NCBI GenBank assembly: GCA_051313645.2
Contig: JBNRSN020000025.1
Location: forward strand, 86,428,001-86,492,000
Direction of reading: 5' to 3'
Length of the DNA stretch: 64,000 nt
Origin: Centroscyllium fabricii
Taxonomy: Eukaryota
This document shows, piece after piece, positions 25,201-40,200 of the stretch. The position numbers were made by a program, and so were the translations under genes. Under the pieces are notes generated by a model, which ran no database searches, was not told where the DNA came from, and worked only from the letters and a program-made list of their open reading frames with translations. Every line of letters starts with the position of its first letter. The stretch's first letter is position 1.

Positions 25201-28200
25201 CGGTATCCACACACGGTAAAATAGTAACCAGACCTGGTATCGACACACGGTAAAATAGTAAATAGACCCGGTATTGACACACGGTAAAACAGTAACCGGA
25301 CCCGGTATCGACACACGGTAAAACAGTAACAGGACCCAGTATTGACACACGATAATACAGTAACTGGACCCGGCATCGTCACACAGGTAAAATAGTAACC
25401 CGACCCGGTATCAACATGCGGTAATACAGTAACCGGACCCGGTATCGACACACGGTAAAACAGTAACCAGACCCGGTATCGACACAGTAACACAGTAACG
25501 AGACCCGGCATCCGCACACAGTAAAACAGCTACCATACCCGGTATCGACACATGGTAAAACTTACCAAACCCGGTATCGACACACGGTAAAACAGTAACC
25601 GGACCCGGTATCCACACACGGTAAAATAATGACCAGACCTGGTATCGACACACGGTAAAACAGGTACCGGAGTCGGAATCGACACGCGGTAAAACTGTAA
25701 CCGGACCTGGCATAACAGTACCCACACGGTAAAACAGTAACCGGACCCGTATTGACACGGTAAAACAGTAACCGGACCCGGTATCGACACGCAGTAAAAC
25801 AGTAACCAGACCCGGTATCGACACGCGGTAAAAGAGAAACTGGTATCAACACACGGTAAAACAGTAACCGGATCCGAAATCAACACACGGTAAAACAATA
25901 ACCAGACCCGGTATCGACACGTTAAACAATAACCGGTCCCGGTATCTACACACGGTAACACAGTAACCAGACCCGGTATCGACTCATGGTAAAACAGTAA
26001 CCGGACCCGGTATCGATACATGGTAAAACAGTAACCGGATCCGGTATCGACACATGGTAAAACAGTAATCAGACCCGGTAGCAATACACGGTAAAACAGT
26101 TACCTGACTTGGTATTGATACACGGTAAAACAGTAACCGGACCCAGTATCGATACGTGGTAAAACCGAAACCGCTATCGACACACAGTAACCAGATCCGG
26201 TATCGACACACGGTAAAATAGTAACCCCACTCGGTATCAACATACGGTAATACAGTAACCGGACCCGGTATCGACACACGGTAAAACAATAACCGGACCC
26301 AGTATCGACACACGATAAAACAGTAACTGGACCCGGCATCGTCACACAGGTAAAACAGTAACCAGACCCGCTATCCACACACGGTAAAACAGTAACCGGA
26401 CCCGGTATCCACACACGGTAAAACAGTAACCGGACCGGGTATCCACACACGGTAAAATAGTAACCAGACCCGCTATCGACACACGGTAAAACAGTAACCA
26501 GACCCGGTATCGACACGCGGTAAAACTAACCGGACCCGGTATCGACACATGGTAAAACAGGAACCGAAGTCATAATCGACACGCGGTAAAACTGTAACCG
26601 GACCTGGCAAAAGAGTATCCACACGGTAAAACAGTAACAGGACCTGTATCGACATACGGTAAAACAGTAACCAGACCCGGTATCGACACACGGTAAAACA
26701 GTAACCGGACCCGGGATCGACACACAGTAAAACAGTAACCAGACCCGCTATCCGCACACGGTAAAACAGTAACCAGACCCGGTATTGACACGTGGTAAAA
26801 TAGTAACCAGACCCGGTATCGACACAAGGTAAAACAGTAACCAGACCCGGCATCCGCACACAGTAAAACAGCTACCATACCCGGTATCGACACATGGTAA
26901 AACTTACCAAACCCGGTATCGACACACGGTAAAACAGTAACCCGACCCGGTATCAACACACGGTAAAACAGTAACTGGACCCGGTATTGACACACAGTAA
27001 AACAGTAATCAGACCCGGTATTGACACACTAAAACAGTACCCGGACCCGATATCGACACACGGTAAAACGGTTACCAGACCCGGTATCAACACGCAGTAA
27101 AACAGTAACCGGAGCCGGTTTTGACATGCAGTAAAACAGTAATCAGACCCAGCATCCGCACACGGTAAAACAGTAACCGGACCCGGTATCCACACACGGT
27201 AAAATAGTAACCAGACCTGGTATCGACACACAGTAACCAGACCCGGTATCGACACGCGGTAAAATAGTAAATAGACCCGGTATTGACACACGGTAAAACA
27301 GTAACCAGACCCAGCATCCGCACACGGTAAAACAGTAACCGGACCCAGCATCCACACACAGTAAAACAGCTACCGTACCCGGTATCGACACACGGTAAAG
27401 CTGTTACCAGACCCGGTATCGACACACGGTAAAACAGTAACGGGACCCGGTATCGACACACGGTAAAACAGTAACAGGACCCAGTATTGACACACGATAA
27501 TACAGTAACCGGACCCGGTATCGACACACGGTAAAACAATAACCGGACCCGGTATCGACACACGGTAAAACAGTAACAGGACCCAGTATTGACACACGAT
27601 AATACAGTAACTGGACCCGGCATCGTCACACAGGTAAAATAGTAACCCCACCCGGTATCAACATACGGTAATACAGTAACCGGACCCGGTATCGACACAC
27701 GGTAAAACAATAACCGGACCCGGTATCCACACATGGTAAAATAGTAACCAGACCCGGTATCGACACACGGTCAAACAGTAACCAGACCCGCTATCCACAC
27801 ATGGTAAAACAGTAACCGGACCCGGTATCCACACGCGGTAAAATAGTAACCAGACCCGGTATTGACACAGTAAAACAGTAACCAGACCCGGCATCCGCAC
27901 ACAGTAAAACAGCTACCATACCCGGTATCGACACATGGTAAAACTTACCAAACCCGGTATCGACACACGGTAAAACAGTAACCGGACCCGGTATCGACAC
28001 ACGGTAAAACAGTAACTGGTCCTGGCATCGTCACACAGGTATCAACATACGGTAATAAAGTAACGGGCCCCGGTATCGACACACGGTAAAACAGTAGCCA
28101 GACCCGGTAGTGACACACAGTAAAACAGTAAGCAGACCCGCTATCCACACACGGTAAAACAGTAACCGGACCCGGTATCCACACACGGTAAAATAATGAC

Positions 28201-31200
28201 CAGACCTGGTATCGACACACGGTAAAACAGGTACCGGAGTCGGAATCGACACGCGGTAAAACTGTAACCGGACCTGGCAAAACAGTATCCACACGGTAAA
28301 ACAGTAACCGGACCTGTATTGACACGGTAAAACAGTAACCGGACCCGGTATCGACACGCAGTAAAACAGTAACTGACCCGGTATCGAAATGCAGTAAAAC
28401 AGTAACCAGACCCGGTATCGACACGCGGTAAAACAGAAACTGGTATCAACACACGGTAAAACAGTAACCAGACCCGGTATCGACACGTTAAACAATAACC
28501 GGTCCCGGTATCTACACACGGTAAAACAGTAACCGGACCCGGTCTCAACACAGTAAAACAGTAACCGGACCCGGTATCGACACACAGTGAAACAGTAACC
28601 GGATCCGGTATCGACACATGGTAAAACAGTAATCAGACCCGGTAGCAATAGAGGGTAAAACAGTTACCTGACTTGGTATTGATACACGGTAAAACAGTAA
28701 CCGGACCCAGTATCGATACGTGGTAAAACCGTAACCAGACCCGGTATCGACACACGGTAAAACCGAAACCGCTATCGACACACAGTAAAACAGTAACCAG
28801 ATCCGGTATCGACACACGGTAAAATAGTAACCCCACCCGGTATCAACATGCGGTAATACAGTAACCGGACCCGGTATCGACACACGGTAAAACAATAACC
28901 GGACCCGGTATCCACACATGGTAAAATAGTAACCAGACCCGGTATCGACACACGGTCAAACAGTAACCAGACCCGGTATCGACACACGGTAAAACAGTAA
29001 CCGGACCCAGTATCGACACACGATAAAACAGTAACTGGACCCGGCAAAAGAGTATCCACATGGTAAAACAGTAACAGGACCTGTATCGACATACGGTAAA
29101 ACAGTAACCGGACCCAGTATCGACACGATAAAACAGTAACTGGACCCGGCGTCCACACACAGGTAAAACAGTAACCGGACCCGGGATCGACACACGGTAA
29201 AACAGTAACTGGACCTGGTATCCACACACGGTAAAATAGTAACCAGACCCGGTATCGACACACAGTAAAACAGTAACCAGACCCGCTATCCACACATGGT
29301 AAAACAGTAACCGGACCCGGTATCCACACACGGTAAAAGAGTAACCAGACCCGGTATTGACACAAGGTAAAACAGTAACCAGACCCGGTATCGACACGCG
29401 GTAAAATAGTAACCAGACCCGGTATCGACACGCGGTAAAACTAACCGCACCTGGTATCGACACATGGTAAAACAGGTACCGGACCCGGTATCGACACGCA
29501 GTAAAACAGTAACTGACCCGGTATCGACACGCAGTAAAACAGTAACCAGACCCGGTATCGACACGCGGTAAAAGAGAAACTGGTATCAACACACGGTAAA
29601 ACAGTAACCGGATCCGGAATCAACACACGGTAAAACAATAACCAGACCCGGTATCGACACGTTAAACAATAACCGGTCCCGGTATCTACACACGGTCAAA
29701 CAGTAACCAGACCCAGCATCCGCACACGGTAAAACAGTAACCGGACCCAGCATCCACACACAGTAAAACAGCTACCGTACCCGGTATCGACACACGGTAA
29801 AGCTGTTACCAGACCCGGTATCGACACACGGTAAAACAGTAACTGGACCCGGTATCGACACACGGTAAAACAGTAACCGGACCCAGTATCGACACACGAT
29901 AAAACAGTAACTGGACCCGGCATCGTCACACAGGTAAAACAGTAACCAGACCCGCTATCCACACACGGTAAAACAGTAACCGGACCCGGTATCCACACAC
30001 GGTAAAACAGTAACCAGACCCGGTATCGACACGCGGTAAAACTAACCGGACCCGGTATCGACACATGGTAAAACAGGAACCAAAGTCATAATCGACACGC
30101 GGTAAAACTGTAACCGGACCCGGTATCCACACACGGTAAAATAGTAACCAGACCCGCTATCGACACACAGTAAAACAGTACCCAGACCCGCTATCCACAC
30201 ATGGTAAAACTTACCAAACCCGGTATCGACACACGGTAAAACAGTAACCGGACCCGGCATCCAGACAACGGTAAAACAGTAACCCGACCCGGTATCAACA
30301 CACGGTAAAACAGTAACTGGACCCGGTATCGACACACGGTAAAACAGTAACCAGACCCGGTATCAACACGCAGTAAAACAGTAACCGGAGCCGGTTTTGA
30401 CATGCAGTAAAACAGTAATCAGACCCAGCATCCGCACACGGTAAAACAGTAACCAGACCCGGTATCGACACACGGTAAAACAGTAACAGGACCCAGTATC
30501 GACACACGATAATACAGTAACTGGACCCGGCATCGTCACACAGGTAAAATAGTAACCAGACCCGGTATCGACACACGGTAATACAGTAACCGGACCCGGT
30601 ATCGACAGACGGTAAAACAGTAACCGGACCCGGTATCCACACACGGTAAAATAGTAACCAGACCCGCTATCGACACACAGTAAAACAGTAACCAGACCCG
30701 GTATCGACACGCGGTAAAACTAACCGGACCCGGTATCGACACATGGTAAAACAGGAACCAAAGTCATAATCGACACGCGGTAAAACTGTAACAGGACCTG
30801 GCAAAAGAGTATCCACACGGTAAAACAGTAACAGGACCTGTATCGACATACGGTAAAACAGTAACCGGACCCAGTATCGACACGATAAAACAGTAACTGG
30901 ACCCGGCGTCCACACACAGGTAAAACAGTAACCGGACCCGGGATCGACACACGGTAAAACAGTAACCGGACCCGGTATCCACACACGGTAAAATAGTAAC
31001 CAGACCCGGTATCGACACACAGGTAAAACAGTAACCAGACCCAGCATCCGCACACGGTAAAACAGTAACCGGACCCAGCATCCACACACAGTAAAACAGC
31101 TACCGTACCCGGTATCGACACACGGTAAAGCTGTTACCAGACCCGGTATCGTCACACAGGTAAAACAGTAACCAGACCCGCTATCCACACACGGTAAAAC

Positions 31201-34200
31201 AGTAACCGGACCCGGTATCCACACACGGTAAAATAGTAACCAGACCCGCTATCGACACACAGTAAAACAGTAACTGGACCCGGCATCGTCACACAGGTAA
31301 AACAGTAACCAGACCCGCTATCCACACACGGTAAAACAGTAACCGGACCCGGTATCCACACACGGTAAAATAGTAACCAGACCTGGTATCGACACACGGT
31401 AAAATAGTAAATAGACCCGGTATTGACACACGGTAAAACAGTAACCGGAGCCGGTATCGACACACGGTAAAACAGTAACAGGACCCAGTATCGACACGAT
31501 AAAACAGTAACTGGACCCGGCGTCCACACACAGGTAAAACAGTAACCGGACCCGGGATCGACACACGGTAAAACAGTAACTGGACCTGGTATCCACACAC
31601 GGTAAAATAGTAACCAGACCCGGTATCGACACACAGTAAAACAGTAACCAGACCCGCTATCCACACATGGTAAAACAGTAACCGGACCCGGTATCCACAC
31701 ACGGTAAAAGAGTAACCAGACCCGGTATTGACACAAGGTAAAACAGTAACCAGACCCGGTATCGACACGCGGTAAAATAGTAACCAGACCCGGTATCGAC
31801 ACGCGGTAAAACTAACCGCACCTGGTATCGACACATGGTAAAACAGGTACCGGACCCGGTATCGACACGCAGTAAAACAGTAACTGACCCGGTATCGACA
31901 CGCAGTAAAACAGTAACCAGACCCGGTATCGACACGCGGTAAAAGAGAAACTGGTATCAACACACGGTAAAACAGTAACCGGATCCGGAATCAACACACG
32001 GTAAAACAATAACCAGACCCGGTATCGACACGTTAAACAATAACCGGTCCCGGTATCTACACACGGTCAAACAGTAACCAGACCCAGCATCCGCACACGG
32101 TAAAACAGTAACCGGACCCAGCATCCACACACAGTAAAACAGCTACCGTACCCGGTATCGACACACGGTAAAGCTGTTACCAGACCCGGTATCGACACAC
32201 GGTAAAACAGTAACTGGACCCGGTATCGACACACGGTAAAACAGTAACCGGACCCAGTATCGACACACGATAAAACAGTAACTGGACCCGGCATCGTCAC
32301 ACAGGTAAAACAGTAACCAGACCCGCTATCCACACACGGTAAAACAGTAACCGGACCCGGTATCCACACACGGTAAAACAGTAACCAGACCCGGTATCGA
32401 CACGCGGTAAAACTAACCGGACCCGGTATCGACACATGGTAAAACAGGAACCAAAGTCATAATCGACACGCGGTAAAACTGTAACCGGACCCGGTATCCA
32501 CACACGGTAAAATAGTAACCAGACCCGCTATCGACACACAGTAAAACAGTACCCAGACCCGCTATCCACACATGGTAAAACTTACCAAACCCGGTATCGA
32601 CACACGGTAAAACAGTAACCGGACCCGGCATCCAGACAACGGTAAAACAGTAACCCGACCTGGTATCGACACACAGTGAAACAGTAACCGGATCCGGTAT
32701 CGACACATGGTAAAACAGTAATCAGACCCGGTAGCAATAGAGGGTAAAACAGTTACCTGACTTGGTATTGATACACGGTAAAACAGTAACCGGACCCAGT
32801 ATCGATACGTGGTAAAACCGTAACCAGACCCGGTATCGACACACGGTAAAACCGAAACCGCTATCGACACACAGTAAAACAGTAACCAGATCCGGTATCG
32901 ACACACGGTAAAATAGTAACCCCACCCGGTATCAACATGCGGTAATACAGTAACCGGACCCGGTATCGACACACGGTAAAACAATAACCGGACCCGGTAT
33001 CCACACATGGTAAAATAGTAACCAGACCCGGTATCGACACACGGTCAAACAGTAACCAGACCCGGTATCGACACACGGTAAAACAGTAACCGGACCCAGT
33101 ATCGACACACGATAAAACAGTAACTGGACCCGGCAAAAGAGTATCCACATGGTAAAACAGTAACAGGACCTGTATCGACATACGGTAAAACAGTAACCGG
33201 ACCCAGTATCGACACGATAAAACAGTAACTGGACCCGGCGTCCACACACAGGTAAAACAGTAACCGGACCCGGGATCGACACACGGTAAAACAGTAACTG
33301 GACCTGGTATCCACACACGGTAAAATAGTAACCAGACCCGGTATCGACACACAGTAAAACAGTAACCAGACCCGCTATCCACACATGGTAAAACAGTAAC
33401 CGGACCCGGTATCCACACACGGTAAAAGAGTAACCAGACCCGGTATTGACACAAGGTAAAACAGTAACCAGACCCGGTATCGACACGCGGTAAAATAGTA
33501 ACCAGACCCGGTATCGACACGCGGTAAAACTAACCGCACCTGGTATCGACACATGGTAAAACAGGTACCGGACCCGGTATCGACACGCAGTAAAACAGTA
33601 ACTGACCCGGTATCGACACGCAGTAAAACAGTAACCAGACCCGGTATCGACACGCGGTAAAAGAGAAACTGGTATCAACACACGGTAAAACAGTAACCGG
33701 ATCCGGAATCAACACACGGTAAAACAATAACCAGACCCGGTATCGACACGTTAAACAATAACCGGTCCCGGTATCTACACACGGTCAAACAGTAACCAGA
33801 CCCAGCATCCGCACACGGTAAAACAGTAACCGGACCCAGCATCCACACACAGTAAAACAGCTACCGTACCCGGTATCGACACACGGTAAAGCTGTTACCA
33901 GACCCGGTATCGACACACGGTAAAACAGTAACTGGACCCGGTATCGACACACGGTAAAACAGTAACCGGACCCAGTATCGACACACGATAAAACAGTAAC
34001 TGGACCCGGCATCGTCACACAGGTAAAACAGTAACCAGACCCGCTATCCACACACGGTAAAACAGTAACCGGACCCGGTATCCACACACGGTAAAACAGT
34101 AACCAGACCCGGTATCGACACGCGGTAAAACTAACCGGACCCGGTATCGACACATGGTAAAACAGGAACCAAAGTCATAATCGACACGCGGTAAAACTGT

Positions 34201-37200
34201 AACCGGACCCGGTATCCACACACGGTAAAATAGTAACCAGACCCGCTATCGACACACAGTAAAACAGTACCCAGACCCGCTATCCACACATGGTAAAACT
34301 TACCAAACCCGGTATCGACACACGGTAAAACAGTAACCGGACCCGGCATCCAGACAACGGTAAAACAGTAACCCGACCCGGTATCAACACACGGTAAAAC
34401 AGTAACTGGACCCGGTATCGACACACGGTAAAACAGTAACCAGACCCGGTATCAACACGCAGTAAAACAGTAACCGGAGCCGGTTTTGACATGCAGTAAA
34501 ACAGTAATCAGACCCAGCATCCGCACACGGTAAAACAGTAACCAGACCCGGTATCGACACACGGTAAAACAGTAACAGGACCCAGTATCGACACACGATA
34601 ATACAGTAACTGGACCCGGCATCGTCACACAGGTAAAATAGTAACCAGACCCGGTATCGACACACGGTAATACAGTAACCGGACCCGGTATCGACAGACG
34701 GTAAAACAGTAACCGGACCCGGTATCCACACACGGTAAAATAGTAACCAGACCCGCTATCGACACACAGTAAAACAGTAACCAGACCCGGTATCGACACG
34801 CGGTAAAACTAACCGGACCCGGTATCGACACATGGTAAAACAGGAACCAAAGTCATAATCGACACGCGGTAAAACTGTAACAGGACCTGGCAAAAGAGTA
34901 TCCACACGGTAAAACAGTAACAGGACCTGTATCGACATACGGTAAAACAGTAACCGGACCCAGTATCGACACGATAAAACAGTAACTGGACCCGGCGTCC
35001 ACACACAGGTAAAACAGTAACCGGACCCGGGATCGACACACGGTAAAACAGTAACCGGACCCGGTATCCACACACGGTAAAATAGTAACCAGACCCGGTA
35101 TCGACACACAGGTAAAACAGTAACCAGACCCAGCATCCGCACACGGTAAAACAGTAACCGGACCCAGCATCCACACACAGTAAAACAGCTACCGTACCCG
35201 GTATCGACACACGGTAAAGCTGTTACCAGACCCGGTATCGTCACACAGGTAAAACAGTAACCAGACCCGCTATCCACACACGGTAAAACAGTAACCGGAC
35301 CCGGTATCCACACACGGTAAAATAGTAACCAGACCCGCTATCGACACACAGTAAAACAGTAACTGGACCCGGCATCGTCACACAGGTAAAACAGTAACCA
35401 GACCCGCTATCCACACACGGTAAAACAGTAACCGGACCCGGTATCCACACACGGTAAAATAGTAACCAGACCTGGTATCGACACACGGTAAAATAGTAAA
35501 TAGACCCGGTATTGACACACGGTAAAACAGTAACCGGAGCCGGTATCGACACACGGTAAAACAGTAACAGGACCCAGTATCGACACGATAAAACAGTAAC
35601 TGGACCCGGCGTCCACACACAGGTAAAACAGTAACCGGATCCGGGATCGACACACGGTAAAACAGTAACTGGACCTGGTATCCACACACGGTAAAATAGT
35701 AACCAGACCCGGTATCGACACACAGTAAAACAGTAACCAGACCCGCTATCCACACATGGTAAAACAGTAACCGGACCCGGTATCCACACACGGTAAAAGA
35801 GTAACCAGACCCGGTATTGACACAAGGTAAAACAGTAACCAGACCCGGTATCGACACGCGGTAAAATAGTAACCAGACCCGGTATCGACACGCGGTAAAA
35901 CTAACCGCACCTGGTATCGACACATGGTAAAACAGGTACCGGACCCGGTATCGACACGCAGTAAAACAGTAACTGACCCGGTATCGACACGCAGTAAAAC
36001 AGTAACCAGACCCGGTATCGACACACGGTAAAAGAGAAACTGGTATCAACACACGGTAAAACAGTAACCGGATCCGGAATCAACACACGGTAAAACAATA
36101 ACCAGACCCGGTATCGACACGTTAAACAATAACCGGTCCCGGTATCTACACACGGTCAAACAGTAACCAGACCCAGCATCCGCACACGGTAAAACAGTAA
36201 CCGGACCCAGCATCCACACACAGTAAAACAGCTACCGTACCCGGTATCGACACACGGTAAAGCTGTTACCAGACCCGGTATCGACACACGGTAAAACAGT
36301 AACTGGACCCGGTATCGACACACGGTAAAACAGTAACCGGACCCAGTATCGACACACGATAAAACAGTAACTGGACCCGGCATCGTCACACAGGTAAAAC
36401 AGTAACCAGACCCGCTATCCACACACGGTAAAACAGTAACCGGACCCGGTATCCACACACGGTAAAACAGTAACCAGACCCGGTATCGACACGCGGTAAA
36501 ACTAACCGGACTCGGTATCGACACATGGTAAAACAGGAACCAAAGTCATAATCGACACGCGGTAAAACTGTAACCGGACCCGGTATCCACACACGGTAAA
36601 ATAGTAACCAGACCCGCTATCGACACACAGTAAAACAGTACCCAGACCCGCTATCCACACATGGTAAAACTTACCAAACCCGGTATCGACACACGGTAAA
36701 ACAGTAACCGGACCCGGCATCCAGACAACGGTAAAACAGTAACCCGACCCGGTATCAACACACGGTAAAACAGTAACTGGACCCGGTATCGACACACGGT
36801 AAAACAGTAACCAGACCCGGTATCAACACGCAGTAAAACAGTAACCGGAGCCGGTTTTGACATGCAGTAAAACAGTAATCAGACCCAGCATCCGCACACG
36901 GTAAAACAGTAACCAGACCCGGTATCGACACACGGTAAAACAGTAACAGGACCCAGTATCGACACACGATAATACAGTAACTGGACCCGGCATCGTCACA
37001 CAGGTAAAATAGTAACCAGACCCGGTATCGACACACGGTAATACAGTAACCGGACCCGGTATCGACAGACGGTAAAACAGTAACCGGACCCGGTATCCAC
37101 ACACGGTAAAATAGTAACCAGACCCGCTATCGACACACAGTAAAACAGTAACCAGACCCGGTATCGACACGCGGTAAAACTAACCGGACCCGGTATCGAC

Positions 37201-40200
37201 ACATGGTAAAACAGGAACCAAAGTCATAATCGACACGCGGTAAAACTGTAACAGGACCTGGCAAAAGAGTATCCACACGGTAAAACAGTAACAGGACCTG
37301 TATCGACATACGGTAAAACAGTAACCGGACCCAGTATCGACACGATAAAACAGTAACTGGACCCGGCGTCCACACACAGGTAAAACAGTAACCGGACCCG
37401 GGATCGACACACGGTAAAACAGTAACCGGACCCGGTATCCACACACGGTAAAATAGTAACCAGACCCGGTATCGACACACAGGTAAAACAGTAACCAGAC
37501 CCAGCATCCGCACACGGTAAAACAGTAACCGGACCCAGCATCCACACACAGTAAAACAGCTACCGTACCCGGTATCGACACACGGTAAAGCTGTTACCAG
37601 ACCCGGTATCGTCACACAGGTAAAACAGTAACCAGACCCGCTATCCACACACGGTAAAACAGTAACCGGACCCGGTATCCACACACGGTAAAATAGTAAC
37701 CAGACCCGCTATCGACACACAGTAAAACAGTAACTGGACCCGGCATCGTCACACAGGTAAAACAGTAACCAGACCCGCTATCCACACACGGTAAAACAGT
37801 AACCGGACCCGGTATCCACACACGGTAAAATAGTAACCAGACCTGGTATCGACACACGGTAAAATAGTAAATAGACCCGGTATTGACACACGGTAAAACA
37901 GTAACCGGAGCCGGTATCGACACACGGTAAAACAGTAACAGGACCCAGTATCGACACGATAAAACAGTAACTGGACCCGGCGTCCACACACAGGTAAAAC
38001 AGTAACCGGACCCGGGATCGACACACGGTAAAACAGTAACTGGACCTGGTATCCACACACGGTAAAATAGTAACCAGACCCGGTATTGACACACGGTAAA
38101 ACAGTAACCGGAGCCGGTATCGACACACGGTAAAACAGTAACAGGACCCAGTATTGACACACGATAATACAGTAACTGGACCCGGCATCGTCACACAGGT
38201 AAAATAGTAACCCGACCCGGTATCAACATGCGGTAATACAGTAACCGGACCCGGTATCGACACACGGTAAAACAATAACCGGACCCGGTATCCACACATG
38301 GTAAAATAGTAACCAGACCCGGTATCGACACACGGTCAAACAGTAACCAGACCCGGTATCGACACACAGTAAAACAGTAACCAGACCCGGTATCGACACA
38401 GTAAAACAGTAACGAGACCCGGCATCCGCACACAGTAAAACAGCTACCATACCCGGTATCGACACATGGTAAAACTTACCAAACCCGGTATCGACACACG
38501 GTAAAACAGTAACCGGACCCGGTATCGACACACGGTAAAACAGTAACCGGACCCAGTATCAACACACGATAAAACAGTAACTGGTCCTGGCATCGTCACA
38601 CAGGTAAAACAGTAACCCAATCCCACCCGGTATCAACATACGGTAATAAAGTAACGGGCCCCGCTATCCACACACGGTAAAACAGCAACCGGACCCGGTA
38701 TCCACACACGGTAAAATAATGACCAGACCTGGTATCGACACACGGTAAAACAGGTACCGGAGTCGGAATCGACACGCGGTAAAACTGTAACCGGACCTGG
38801 CATAACAGTATCCACACGGTAAAACAGTAACCGGACCCGTATTGACACGGTAAAACAGTAACCGGACCCGGTATCGACACGCAGTAAAACAGTAACCAGA
38901 CCCGGTATCGACACGCGGTAAAAGAGAAACTGGTATCAACACACGGTAAAACAGTAACCGGATCCAGAATCAACACACGGTAAAACAATAACCAGACCCG
39001 GTATCGACACGTTAAACAATAACCGGTCCCGGTATCTACACACGGTAAAACAGTAACCAGACCCGGTATCGACTCATGGTAAAACAGTAACCGGACCCGG
39101 TATCGATACATGGTAAAACAGTAACCGGATCCGGTATCGACACATGGTAAAACAGTAATCAGACCCGGTAGCAATACACGGTAAAACAGTTACCTGACTT
39201 GGTATTGATACACGGTAAAACAGTAACCGGACCCAGTATCGATACGTGGTAAAACCGAAACCGCTATCGACACACAGTAACCAGATCCGGTATCGACACA
39301 CGGTAAAATAGTAACCCCACCCGGTATCAACATACGGTAATACAGTAACCGGACCCGGTATCGACACACGGTAAAACAATAACCGGACCCAGTATCGACA
39401 CACAGGTAAAACAGTAACCAGACCCGCTATCCACACACGGTAAAACAGTAACCGGACCCGGTATCCACACACGGTAAAACAGTAACCGGACCGGGTATCC
39501 ACACACGGTAAAATAGTAACCAGACCCGCTATCGACACACGGTAAAACAGTAACCAGACCCGGTATCGACACGCGGTAAAACTAACCGGACCCGGTATCG
39601 ACACATGGTAAAACAGGAACCGAAGTCGTAATCGACACGCGGTAAAACTGTAACCGGACCTGGCAAAAGAGTATCCACACGGTAAAACAGTAACAGGACC
39701 TGTATCGACATACGATAAAACAGTAACCAGACCCGGTATCGACACACGGTAAAACAGTAACCGGACCCGGGATCGACACACAGTAAAATAGTAACCAGAC
39801 CCGCTATCCGCACACGGTAAAACAGTAACCAGACCCGGTATTGACACGTGGTAAAATAGTAACCAGACCCGGTATCGACACAAGGTAAAACAGTAACCAG
39901 ACCCGGCATCCGCACACAGTAAAACAGCTACCATACCCGGTATCGACACATGGTAAAACTTACCAAACCCGGTATCGACACACGGTAAAACAGTAACCCG
40001 ACCCGGTATCAACACACGGTAAAACAGTAACTGGACCCGGTATTGACACACAGTAAAACAGTAATCAGACCCGGTATTGACACACTAAAACAGTACCCGG
40101 ACCCGATATCGACACACGGTAAAACGGTTACCAGACCCGGTATCAACACGCAGTAAAACAGTAACCAGAGCCGGTTTTGACATGCAGTAAAACAGTAATC

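Noticed and set aside
28583-28620. RAG recombination signal sequences (CACAGTG in some monomers)
   Set aside because: The heptamer arises by mutation of CACGGTA; no ACAAAAACC nonamer at 12 or 23 bp and no V/J segments.
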